A stretch of 47,168 bases of DNA, from positions 1-47,168 of the forward strand of contig JANRKO010000081.1 in NCBI GenBank assembly GCA_033763455.1. Reading direction: 5' to 3'. This stretch comes from Polyangiaceae bacterium (GTDB taxonomy: Bacteria; Myxococcota_A; Polyangia; Polyangiales; Polyangiaceae). Of this stretch, positions 27,316 through 36,489 are shown piece by piece; position 1 is the stretch's first letter, and the number at the start of each line of letters is the position of its first letter. A model generated the notes under the pieces. It was not told where the DNA came from and ran no database searches. It saw only the letters and a list, made by a program, of their open reading frames with translations. Both the position numbers and the translations under genes were made by a program.

Positions 27316-27885
27316 ATGTGGACCCGGTTGGCCCTCCCTCCTACGTTCTTGCTGAGCTTGCCATTCGTTAGCTTGTGGCTGCTTGGCTGCCAAGATTTGA
27401 GTCGTTTTGAAACACAACCGGGAGAAGCCTACTGTGGTACCATGGTATCTTCACCGGTGTTTCACGAAGGGCTTTTGCCTGCGGCCGTTCCGCCTGTATT
27501 GCCTATACGCTTGGAGCTCAACATTCATGCGCTCGACAGCTTGCCTGGTGTTGTTACCACGGGGGACAAAGCCACCGGCTTGTGTGCAGCAAGTGGGCAA
27601 CCGTTATTAAATCACGCCCCCCTCAGAGCCATACCAACGCTAGCCCATGATCAGCTTAGCTTGTTGGAGTTCGGAGATGGCCGTGAGCAAAATCTCATGG
27701 CCTGGGTGGATTCCACCTGTCAGGGCACGCTTCTTGGCGTTCTTTCGTTGATGAAAGACAGCACTATCGAACTGCGTTTGTTAAAACCCAAACCTTTCCC
27801 CGCGCCTGGCGCGGCCCCCGCCGATCAACCCGGCTTTGGCCTTTTCACCTTGGCTCGCAAAGCCGAGAGCAACTGCTCGTATTAG
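27316..27885 (+). CDS. Hypothetical lipoprotein
   Basis: Hydrophobic leader with LLGC lipobox; operonic spacing between the TPR/HEAT gene and tsaD. Confidence 0.7.
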   Translation: MWTRLALPPTFLLSLPFVSLWLLGCQDLSRFETQPGEAYCGTMVSSPVFHEGLLPAAVPPVLPIRLELNIHALDSLPGVVTTGDKATGLCAASGQPLLNHAPLRAIPTLAHDQLSLLEFGDGREQNLMAWVDSTCQGTLLGVLSLMKDSTIELRLLKPKPFPAPGAAPADQPGFGLFTLARKAESNCSY

Positions 27886-27892
27886 GTTCGTT

Positions 27893-28966
27893 GTGCGTGT
27901 TCTAGGCATCGAAACTTCCTGCGATGAAACGGCCGCTGCCGTCGTCGAAAGCGATGGGCGCGTGCTTTCCGATGTCGTGCACACGCAAGTAGAGCTCCAC
28001 AGCCGCTATGGCGGGATCGTGCCAGAACTGGCTTCCCGCGATCACCTGCGCTTCATCCTTCCCGTAGTTACACGGGCACTCGAAGAGGCCCAAACGGAGC
28101 GCGATCAAATCGATGGCATCGCTATCACCAGCCAGCCCGGGCTCACAGGGGCATTGCTCGTGGGTGCCCAATTTGCTCAAGGCCTGGCGTGGGCGATGCA
28201 GAAGCCTGTGGTGGCCGTCGATCACTTGACGGGCCACTTACTCGCTGCCTTTCTTCGCTACCCGAACGCCGTAGGCTATGAGCCACCTGAGTTTCCATTC
28301 GTTGGCTTGCTCTGTTCGGGCGGGCACACGGCACTCTATCGAGTGGAGGGCTTTGGCCTTGATCAAATCTTTGAGCTTGGAGCCACGCGGGACGACGCTG
28401 CCGGGGAAGCCTTTGATAAGGTCGCCAAGCTACTTGGGCTTGGTTATCCGGGCGGCCCGATTGTGGATAAGCTTGCGCGCGAGGGGGACCCACAAGCCAT
28501 CAATCTTTCCCGCCCGATGAAGGCCAAAGCGTCCTTGGAGTTTAGCTTTTCGGGCTTAAAAGCGGAAGTGGCCCGTTACGTCCAACAGCACGGCGTCCCA
28601 GGAGATGAGCCCCGGCTACGTGATCTGTGCGCCGCGTTCCAGCACGCCGTGGTGAACAGCTTGGTGTCGAAGAGCGTACGGGCAGCCGTAAAAGAAGAGG
28701 TTAGGACGCTCGTGTTGTGTGGCGGAGTTGCCGCCAATCGGGGTTTGCGTGAAGCGGCCGCTTTGGCAACCAGCGAAGCTGGGCTTAAGTTACTGATCCC
28801 CCCATTTGCGGCCTGCACCGATAACGCCGCCATGATTGCGTTTGCAGGTTCACAGAAGCTGCTGCTCGGCCAAAATGATTCTGGGAACCTACGGGTAAGC
28901 CCACGTACCGCTTTGTTGCGCGTAACTCGCAAAGGGTCCGGGCCGCGCCAGGTTACTTCAAAGTAG
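27893..28966 (+). CDS. tsaD: tRNA N6-threonylcarbamoyladenosine transferase subunit TsaD
   Basis: LGIETSCDETAAA, YGGIVPELASRDH, HLTGH, SGGHT, TRDDAAGEAFDK, FSFSGLK, CTDNAAMIA. Start placed at GTG 27893. Confidence 0.95.
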   Translation: MRVLGIETSCDETAAAVVESDGRVLSDVVHTQVELHSRYGGIVPELASRDHLRFILPVVTRALEEAQTERDQIDGIAITSQPGLTGALLVGAQFAQGLAWAMQKPVVAVDHLTGHLLAAFLRYPNAVGYEPPEFPFVGLLCSGGHTALYRVEGFGLDQIFELGATRDDAAGEAFDKVAKLLGLGYPGGPIVDKLAREGDPQAINLSRPMKAKASLEFSFSGLKAEVARYVQQHGVPGDEPRLRDLCAAFQHAVVNSLVSKSVRAAVKEEVRTLVLCGGVAANRGLREAAALATSEAGLKLLIPPFAACTDNAAMIAFAGSQKLLLGQNDSGNLRVSPRTALLRVTRKGSGPRQVTSK

Positions 28967-29903
28967 CTCGCGCACGCCGCCTGAAGACCCCGAGCCCGAT
29001 AACCAGACCCACGAGGGTGAAGCTAATACGCGAAGTTCCTCGGCTTTGGCCCACACGCACCGCACAGGCCGGCTTGGACTGCGGGGGCACCTTGGGGGGA
29101 GCGTTGGCTATGGGTGCCGGCGCCGCTACAGGCTTCGGAGCGCCGCTGAACGTCACCTCGAACAATTTCGGCCAATATTTGCCCGTAATATAGAAATTGC
29201 CGGTTTCGGGGATCACGGCGATGCCATTTAAGACATCCACCCCATCTCGTTCATCTGCAGCAAGCAGGCCCGCCGCATTGATTTCCGAAGCTACCTTCCC
29301 GGTGCGCGCATCAATCCCAACGATCACATCCGTTTGCCACACGTTAGCGTAGATTAACCCCTGCACGCACTCAAGCTCGTTGATGTTGAACAAAGGCTGC
29401 CCACCTCTCAGAACTTGCAGGCTTCGCACTTCCCCGAACGTTTCTGGATCTCGAAACGAAAGGCGATCAGTGCCGTTGCTCATCACGAGAAACTGCCCGT
29501 CGTAACACAGCCCCCAACCTTCCCCCGCGTAGTTGAAACGCCCTTGCTCGACGAAGGTATCCAAGTTGTACCGAATCGCGACTCCGTTTTTCCACGTGAG
29601 CTGGTAAAGGTTGCGATTGATTCTCGCGAGGCCCTCACCGAAAAAGGCCGGATCGAGGTCGACCTTCTTCTCGATTCGCCCTGTCGCAATGTCCGAGCGC
29701 TGCAGCGTTGAACGGCCTTCAAGCCCCGTGCTCTCAAAGAGCTTGCCCTCGAACACCAACAAGCCCTGGGTGAAAGCCGTGCGATCGTGCGGGAAGCTCC
29801 GGACCACGGTGGGAAGCGTGGCCCCCTGCGCACATACAGCCGCAGGGCTCAGCCCAAACAAAGCCGCCGAAAGGCTCAAGTAGCTGACAAGTCTTACGCG
29901 CAT
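28953..29903 (-). CDS. Glutaminyl-peptide cyclotransferase (beta-propeller type) with MYXO-CTERM-like anchor
   Basis: PHDRTAFTQGL, FESTG, FFGEGL, EGWGL, NELE, VLNGIA, TGKYW; signal peptide; C-terminal Cys + TM + RRR. Confidence 0.9.
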   Translation of the reverse strand: MRVRLVSYLSLSAALFGLSPAAVCAQGATLPTVVRSFPHDRTAFTQGLLVFEGKLFESTGLEGRSTLQRSDIATGRIEKKVDLDPAFFGEGLARINRNLYQLTWKNGVAIRYNLDTFVEQGRFNYAGEGWGLCYDGQFLVMSNGTDRLSFRDPETFGEVRSLQVLRGGQPLFNINELECVQGLIYANVWQTDVIVGIDARTGKVASEINAAGLLAADERDGVDVLNGIAVIPETGNFYITGKYWPKLFEVTFSGAPKPVAAPAPIANAPPKVPPQSKPACAVRVGQSRGTSRISFTLVGLVIGLGVFRRRARATLK

Positions 29904-29929
29904 CGCGCGGGAGCTTAGCGCACCCGTGC

Positions 29930-31792
29930 TTATTTGTCTTTGCCGGAGCTCACGAAAAAGTCGACTCTGTCCTTCTGAAGCCGCGCCTTGTACCCGGGCA
30001 CAGGCCCGCGAAACTGGAACGTGATTTCAGCGCCGGCTTGGGTGTTGTTGGTGCGAACCCGTAGAATCCTACGATCGCGCTGTTCAATGGCGCGGCCGTT
30101 GTCGAGCACTTTGCGACCCGGAAGGGTGATTTTGAAGCCTGTGGCCGTGGCTGTTCCCAAAAGGGCGCCACCCGGGGCGTCGAGCTTCATCTTGTAAACC
30201 ACGGGCAATTCCAGCGCTCCCCGCTGGAAGGGCTTTACGTCCTCAGGCTTTACGACCTTCTCATCCTTCGCGTCGTCCGTGAAGCTTTCGTCTTCCTGCG
30301 CAGCTGCACGCGAGAGCTGTAGCTCACGTTCACCTTCGTTAAGCGCCACCTCAGGTTCTTCTTCAACCGCAACGGGAGGGGGCGCGGCTTCCAAAGTGGC
30401 CATCGGCGTGGGACCAAAAAGCGGCACCTCTGCCACGATTCCCTGCTTGGGATCGGACTCTGCTGGAGCCGTCTTTTGAGGTAAAGGTGCAGCCGTCGTC
30501 GCAGCAACCGGTCCGCCAGCGGTCGCAGCTAGAGGGGCCTGGGTGAGAGCTGGCGCGCTGGTTGTTACCTTGGAGGCGTCTTCTTGGCCCCCTCGTGTGG
30601 TGATGAGCGCTGTTATGCCAACGATCAGCGAGGCGCCGCCAACCGCCGCCAGTAGTTTTAGCTTGGGGGGCGCTGATGCCCACGCGGACTGAGCTTCGGC
30701 CACCGTTTGGGTCTGTTGCCGCAAGCCCTTCCTTGAAGTGGCGCGAGCAACAGTCTTTAGCTGTGGTGCACCCGAGAACCTGCTCTCGGGTGGCGGTGCG
30801 GTGCGACGTGGACGTTCGTTCTTTTCTACCGCGGACTTACCCATACGAGAACGAGCCGCCAAAAGTACGTGCCCCATTCCGCCGGCAGCCTTCCCCCCTA
30901 CAGCTAGAAGCTTGGAGCCGGCGCCCTTTGCGAATACGCCGGCTTGCATTGCCCACTGGCCCATGCGGTGGCCGAGCTCGCTCAGCTCACGGGCGCTTAG
31001 CGCCTCTTCGTGCTCGCCGGAAATAGGTTCAGCGGAAACTGATGAGTCTAAGTGCTCGGTAGTCTGTTGGCGGTTGCCTTGACTCCGCGCCTTCACGTCA
31101 ACGACCGCTGGTTGCGGCGTCTGGTCGACGCCAGGGCGCCGCAACGTCACAAGCAATTGCGGCACTTGTGTCCGCGGGTCGATACAAACCTCCACGCCGT
31201 CGATAAACGCCGAAAAATTGGCCTGATCATCCAGAGCTTCCACCTCGATTTCGCGACCCACGGAGAGAAACTCAAGATTCGATCCCACCTGCACTCGGCT
31301 CCTGGTAGTGCCCTTGACACGCGCCTTCATCGGCGCGGCCAGGCCCTCAATGTGGAGGCGCACTTTGGTACCCCGCTCAACCATTTCCGGTTGCGCGGAC
31401 TCAACCGGCGCTTGCTTTGGGTCTTCGGATTTTGGCGCACAGAGAGCGCTCAACGCGTCTACGCTGCTGCCATCCAGCGCCGTGAATTGGACGCCAAATT
31501 CTCCGGCACCGTCCGACGCATCCCGACGCCATACCACTTGACCCTCCACGACGATCTGCCGACCCTGGCTCTCGAAACGACAGACCAGCGATTGACCTTT
31601 TTCGGGCACGTAGTTGGTGCGAAGGTGCATGCCACGGGCACTGACATTGATGGATTCGGCTTCGAACGCCGAACTCTGAGGCTCTTGGCCGCAGATCTCC
31701 ACCATGCTTTCGACCTGCACACGGGTTGCATTCTGGGAACGGCGTTCTTGAATTTCTTGCATTGCTTCAAAGCCTCCGAGGGTGCGGTCCAC
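29930..31792 (-). CDS. PilZ-domain membrane protein with extracytoplasmic C-terminal domain
   Basis: QERR....R and NVSARG PilZ-type motifs, GQVVW...FGVQF, central TM helix, low-complexity linker. Confidence 0.75.
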   Translation of the reverse strand: MDRTLGGFEAMQEIQERRSQNATRVQVESMVEICGQEPQSSAFEAESINVSARGMHLRTNYVPEKGQSLVCRFESQGRQIVVEGQVVWRRDASDGAGEFGVQFTALDGSSVDALSALCAPKSEDPKQAPVESAQPEMVERGTKVRLHIEGLAAPMKARVKGTTRSRVQVGSNLEFLSVGREIEVEALDDQANFSAFIDGVEVCIDPRTQVPQLLVTLRRPGVDQTPQPAVVDVKARSQGNRQQTTEHLDSSVSAEPISGEHEEALSARELSELGHRMGQWAMQAGVFAKGAGSKLLAVGGKAAGGMGHVLLAARSRMGKSAVEKNERPRRTAPPPESRFSGAPQLKTVARATSRKGLRQQTQTVAEAQSAWASAPPKLKLLAAVGGASLIVGITALITTRGGQEDASKVTTSAPALTQAPLAATAGGPVAATTAAPLPQKTAPAESDPKQGIVAEVPLFGPTPMATLEAAPPPVAVEEEPEVALNEGERELQLSRAAAQEDESFTDDAKDEKVVKPEDVKPFQRGALELPVVYKMKLDAPGGALLGTATATGFKITLPGRKVLDNGRAIEQRDRRILRVRTNNTQAGAEITFQFRGPVPGYKARLQKDRVDFFVSSGKDK

Positions 31793-31919
31793 GGGCCCTC
31801 ACCTCGTCGACTACGGCAGCCGTGGCAAAATGGCCAAATTTATCGCCGTTTGGATGGCCCTTCCCCGAAAGCTGACGTAAGACCGAGCCCACGCCCCTCT
31901 GGTAAGGGCGAAACAGGGT

Positions 31920-32933
31920 ATGGCGCTCTCGATCATCGTCCGTTCCGGCACTCCCCCTTCGCGGAGTGCCCCGCGCATCTCGCTGGATGCCCCCCGCATC
32001 GTCATTGGGCGCGCGCGAGGCTCGGAAGTCCGCCTGCCAGACCCCAGTGTGAGCCAGCGTCATGCGTCCATCCGGCAACGGGGAGCGGACTACATTATTA
32101 TGGACGAAGGTAGCGTTAATGGCACCTTCGTAGGTTCCGTGCGGCTAGCGCCTCAGGCTCCCCGCGTTGTGCGCTCTGGGGATCTAATACGCGTCGGACG
32201 CGTTTGGCTTGAGCTCACCTTCGACCAAGCAGCACCCGATCCAAACGTGAAGCAGCACACGTACGAAATGGCCCTTTCTCTCGTGTCGCACGCCTTGGCT
32301 CTGGACGGCAGCCCCTCAACCCCCCGTGTCTCCATCGCGGGACCGCCTGGAAATGCGGACTACTTAGAGCTCATCGACTTCGAGCAGGCCTATGTTGTTG
32401 GACGTTCTCACGCAGATCTGGTGCTCGATGATCCAGATGTTTCGCGGCGCCACTTGGAAATTCTGCGCCGTGGCGAAGACGTACTCGTGCGTGACGTGGG
32501 CTCCAAAAATGGGTCCTATTTCAAGAACGAACGCCTCGATCCACTGCAATGGGTTCCTTGGGATCCGGCGTATCCGGTGAAGCTCGGCGCCGTGAGCCTG
32601 GTGCTTACAGATCCGGTCTCTCTAGCCCTCCGCGAGCTCGAAAAAGTTGCGGACGAGCAGATGAAAGACGATGAACTCATCGAACCACCAGAGCCTAGCC
32701 AGGAAGAGGATCACGCTGGGTGGACTGGCGGAGTATCACGCACCATCGAGCGATATTCGGTGGAACCGCGGGAAACCAATCCGAATCCGCTTGCTAAAGG
32801 CCCCCTCCACCCGACCGCGGGTCCCCTCAACAACCGGCGCGCTGGCATGGGGGAAGTGGCGATTGGGCTCCTTGCCTTGGTCGTGATCTTGACGAGTGTT
32901 CTCGGCCTAGTGTGGCTACTGAGCGGAACTTAA
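31920..32933 (+). CDS. Double FHA-domain protein with C-terminal TM anchor
   Basis: GR...VSQRH...GSVNGT and GR...VSRRH...GSKNGS; C-terminal hydrophobic helix. Confidence 0.9.
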   Translation: MALSIIVRSGTPPSRSAPRISLDAPRIVIGRARGSEVRLPDPSVSQRHASIRQRGADYIIMDEGSVNGTFVGSVRLAPQAPRVVRSGDLIRVGRVWLELTFDQAAPDPNVKQHTYEMALSLVSHALALDGSPSTPRVSIAGPPGNADYLELIDFEQAYVVGRSHADLVLDDPDVSRRHLEILRRGEDVLVRDVGSKNGSYFKNERLDPLQWVPWDPAYPVKLGAVSLVLTDPVSLALRELEKVADEQMKDDELIEPPEPSQEEDHAGWTGGVSRTIERYSVEPRETNPNPLAKGPLHPTAGPLNNRRAGMGEVAIGLLALVVILTSVLGLVWLLSGT

Positions 32934-32981
32934 CCGTTCTTCAGGAATACGAATTCTATCGCCTCGCAACCCGCAGGGCGC

Positions 32982-34976
32982 TCATTCTTTGCGCGGCCCC
33001 TCGTTGTAGCCGCGAGGCCGGTACTTCGGATCTACACCGTTGTACTTCTTGCCGTTATTCACGATGTCCGTCGCGAGGTAGGCAAGCCAAGTGCCTGGGT
33101 GTTCGCGACCCAAGCGCAACAGATCCTGCTGGCGTTCGGCGGTGAGCGCCTTTTCGTTCCACACGCATTGGAGCGCCAGCGCGATGAGGTTGGGGTCGTT
33201 TGGTCCGAGCTCGAAACCGCGGATAAAGTACGGCCAAGCCTCTTCGGTTCGGTGCAAGCGGCACAAGGTATCCCCCTGGTAGATGTGGGCCATGGGCCAA
33301 GATGGCGCCAATTCGAGCGCCATAGTGTTGATCGTCAGGCGTTCTTTGAGCTCTCCACGTGCGCCAAGCATCACAGAATAATTGAGGTGCGCTTTTGCGC
33401 TGTAGGGTACGGCTGCGCGAGTACCGCGCCAAAACGTAAGATCGCTTGAGTAATCAAGCGCATGCAAGCGCGCCTGGACGCCCTGAAAGCCAAGGAAACA
33501 CCCTACCGCCAACCACGCATCCACCTTGAACGCACGCCGCTCAACCCACCATGCAAAGAGCACCCCCAAACACAAAGATGTCCCAATCGCAGGCAAATAC
33601 CAGAACCTCTCAGCGCGCACGGTGGGCAGTAGCACCGGGATGTTAGAGTGCGGAAAGTAGGCGATGGGGAACCAGATCAAACCCAACACCACCAGCAGAT
33701 AACACCCATAACGCTTACGCAGCTCGGTCGCGAAGAGTGGGCCGAGAGCGCCCGCGCGACTCTGATACTCCCGCCGCAGTGCGCGTTCCCGAACAAGCAT
33801 GCGGCCCCACACCACGAGGCCTAAAATCGGCGCGCCCAGGAGAGCGAAGGCCCCTGCCACACTTTCCAGAAATACGGCTTTCTTGGGTACCAACTCCTGG
33901 GGAAAGGAGTAATCGGCGCTCAGTGTAAAAGGGGCCACAATCTGGAGTAAGCCACCGAAATAGACCCGCAGAGCACCGGCAATTCTGAGTGAAGTCTCAG
34001 CCGCCGCGAACGGATTGTTGATAGGATCTTTGGAGAGCTGCGGTTGGTGAAACCAACGCAGGAACTCGTGCAACGCGCGAGACACCCAAGGGGCGCTAAC
34101 TGGCAGCGGCTGTGCTAGCTCGGCTGGCAACGGTACCGGGAACCAGCGCCGCCGCAAATACGTGTAAAGCACCAGCGCAGATACCGCTGCGGCAAGCGCC
34201 ACCCCGCCGCGCAACAAGCGACGAGGCCGCTCCGGGAAGAAACTTGGCGCCAGGACCACAGCGGAGACGAACACCAACGGCACCGCAACGATCGCGCTTT
34301 CCTTGCTGAACAAACCCAGGAGAAGTGCCGAAAACACCCCCAAAAACCCATAAACGAGCCTCAAACGCAACGCACACAAAGCCAGGAGCACACTCAAGCC
34401 AGACAGGACATCCGCTAAGCCAACCACGCCGCAAATAGCCTCGGTGAGGAGTGCGCACAGCAGAAAAACCGCCCCGGTTAGCCACCCTACACGACGCTGC
34501 CGAGTAACCGCGAACGCCAACGCCCCCAAAAGGCTGGCATTGGCCGCGTGTATCAACACATTGGCAAAATGAGGAAGCCACGGCACCTTCATCACCGCCC
34601 AAAGCGGCCGCCAGATGAGGTTGGGGATAGGGCGATAGGAGCCAATGGTGCGCTCGGGTGGCAAGCCCCAAAAATCCCGCTGGAAGGCCTGCAGGTACGT
34701 GAAGCGGTTGCCGTTCACGTAGGGGTTCGCCAATAGCGCTTCCTGTTCATCAAAGATAAAGTTGCTCGCGGGGCTGCGCATAAACGCCAAGCTGGCGACC
34801 AGCACGCTCGGAATGAACGCGATCCAGAAACGCGGTGCCCGCACGAAGTGCCGAAACACGCCACGTCGCAGACCCAAAAACCCCTGCGCTAGGGCTGCGA
34901 GAAAACGCTTCCTGCCTTCCACTGCGCGGGAGTCTGGCACAAAACCGGCGGGAAGAGCATAGTCCGCCCTACGCAT
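32982..34976 (-). CDS. TMTC/DUF1736-like GT-C membrane glycosyltransferase with TPR tail (start uncertain)
   Basis: FIFDEQEAL..NP, DFWG, SYRP, SKE, NNPF, LSADYS, AERFWYLP; many TM helices; C-terminal TPRs. Confidence 0.8.
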   Translation of the reverse strand: MRRADYALPAGFVPDSRAVEGRKRFLAALAQGFLGLRRGVFRHFVRAPRFWIAFIPSVLVASLAFMRSPASNFIFDEQEALLANPYVNGNRFTYLQAFQRDFWGLPPERTIGSYRPIPNLIWRPLWAVMKVPWLPHFANVLIHAANASLLGALAFAVTRQRRVGWLTGAVFLLCALLTEAICGVVGLADVLSGLSVLLALCALRLRLVYGFLGVFSALLLGLFSKESAIVAVPLVFVSAVVLAPSFFPERPRRLLRGGVALAAAVSALVLYTYLRRRWFPVPLPAELAQPLPVSAPWVSRALHEFLRWFHQPQLSKDPINNPFAAAETSLRIAGALRVYFGGLLQIVAPFTLSADYSFPQELVPKKAVFLESVAGAFALLGAPILGLVVWGRMLVRERALRREYQSRAGALGPLFATELRKRYGCYLLVVLGLIWFPIAYFPHSNIPVLLPTVRAERFWYLPAIGTSLCLGVLFAWWVERRAFKVDAWLAVGCFLGFQGVQARLHALDYSSDLTFWRGTRAAVPYSAKAHLNYSVMLGARGELKERLTINTMALELAPSWPMAHIYQGDTLCRLHRTEEAWPYFIRGFELGPNDPNLIALALQCVWNEKALTAERQQDLLRLGREHPGTWLAYLATDIVNNGKKYNGVDPKYRPRGYNEGPRKE

Positions 34977-36336
34977 GTCCGAGGAAACGCCGAAGTTCGA
35001 TGGGTGTCAGGTTCTGCGAAAGATCAGCGCTGGACCCGTAGCTGACCTGTACCAGGGCGTGCAGGAGCACCTTGGGCGAAAGGTACTCATCAAGGCGCTG
35101 GGGCTCGGGATCTTGCCGTCCTCACCCTTCGCGGCCACCCTGGAACGTGAAGCACGCCTTTTGGCGGAACTTCAACACCCGAATGTTCTTGGGGTTTACG
35201 ACTTCGTTCGCGAAGAGAACCGCATGTGGACGGTGCTGGAGTGGGTGGACGGCTTCACCGTTCGCGAGCTCCTTGACCAGGCTTCACCGCTGCCGCTTTC
35301 CAGCTGTCTTGCGATTGCTCTCGAAGTGAGCATTGCCTTGGAGCACGCACACGCTCACGGCATCATGCACCGGGACATTCAGCCAACCAACATCCTGATT
35401 TCAAAATCAGGACGCGTAAAGCTGATCAACTTCACGGTTGCTGTGGATGAGCGACTAGTGACCGCGCCGGAACTTCTGGACGGCAGCGGCGGGGCATTTA
35501 ACACCGCGTATATGTCACCTGAACAGATCCTTGGTGAGCCAGCTGATCCACGCTCGGACCTCTTCTCCCTCGGTCTTGTGCTCTATGAAATGCTGAGTGG
35601 CACACCTGCTTTCGCTCAAAGCCCGGGAAAAAGCGCCGCTCAGCGTATCCGCCATGAGCGGCCCGAGCCCCTAGGCCGCAAGGTGCACGGTCTACCGCTC
35701 GCGATAGAAAGGCTCGTCACCCGCAGCTTGGAAAAACTGGCCGGCGACCGATTTCACTCCGCACGCGAACTGACTGCCACGCTTGAGCAACTTTTCCGTG
35801 AACTTGGCACTGGTTCCAGTAGAAAAACCTTGCTCGCACACTTGGTAAGTGTGGGCCTTACAGAAGACGCGCCAATTAGCGACAGATTACCCACGCGTTC
35901 GAATCTGCCTACCCTGCACGAGCCCACGCCCCTCACCCGCCCACTTTTGGGGCTACTGGTAGCGTCTGTTTTGGTGGTCCTTGGCGGAGCTTCATTTGCG
36001 CGCTTGAGCGCTGCCGTCGATGATAGTCCACTTCGAAAGGCCGAAGGCCAACTGAGCTTAGCCCCCGCGAACGCTGCCCACCTTCGTGTGGTGGCGACCC
36101 CTTGGGCCACGATCAGTGTTGACGGTGTTAACGTGGGCACCACGCCCCTGGGGGCGGCTATTCCGCTGTCTGGAGGCGTGCACTACGTGCGGCTTGAACA
36201 CCCGAAGGCGCCGGTTGAACATCGCAGTGTGCGCCTGGCGCCGGGCGAAAATGTGCTCTTGGACGTGGACATGAAAGTCCCGGTGCCTGTGGAAGCACCG
36301 CGAGCGGCGGCTGCACCTGTGGACAACACTCCGTAG
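34975..36336 (+). CDS. Membrane Ser/Thr pseudokinase with PEGA-like domain
   Basis: Kinase fold retained (HPNV, HRD, YMSPEQ, SDLFSLG), but the Gly-loop is SAGPVA, the catalytic loop HRDIQPTN, and DFG is replaced by NFT. TM helix; VVATPWATISVDG..GTTP. Confidence 0.85.
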   Translation: MSEETPKFDGCQVLRKISAGPVADLYQGVQEHLGRKVLIKALGLGILPSSPFAATLEREARLLAELQHPNVLGVYDFVREENRMWTVLEWVDGFTVRELLDQASPLPLSSCLAIALEVSIALEHAHAHGIMHRDIQPTNILISKSGRVKLINFTVAVDERLVTAPELLDGSGGAFNTAYMSPEQILGEPADPRSDLFSLGLVLYEMLSGTPAFAQSPGKSAAQRIRHERPEPLGRKVHGLPLAIERLVTRSLEKLAGDRFHSARELTATLEQLFRELGTGSSRKTLLAHLVSVGLTEDAPISDRLPTRSNLPTLHEPTPLTRPLLGLLVASVLVVLGGASFARLSAAVDDSPLRKAEGQLSLAPANAAHLRVVATPWATISVDGVNVGTTPLGAAIPLSGGVHYVRLEHPKAPVEHRSVRLAPGENVLLDVDMKVPVPVEAPRAAAAPVDNTP

Positions 36337-36489
36337 CTCAGCACCGAGAACCCGCTGCGCACTTGGGGTGGGAGGGGAGCAGCCGGACGGTGATATTTGC
36401 CCCTTGCTGCATACCTCTGACCACCAGATAGCGATCTTAGGCTAAAACCAAGCCGCTAATCTTCGCAAAAAGCTCCGAGAAATGCTCCA

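Noticed and set aside
28219..28237. TsaD HLTGH rather than the common HxEGH
   Set aside because: Both metal-binding His residues and all other motifs are intact; treated as ordinary variation.
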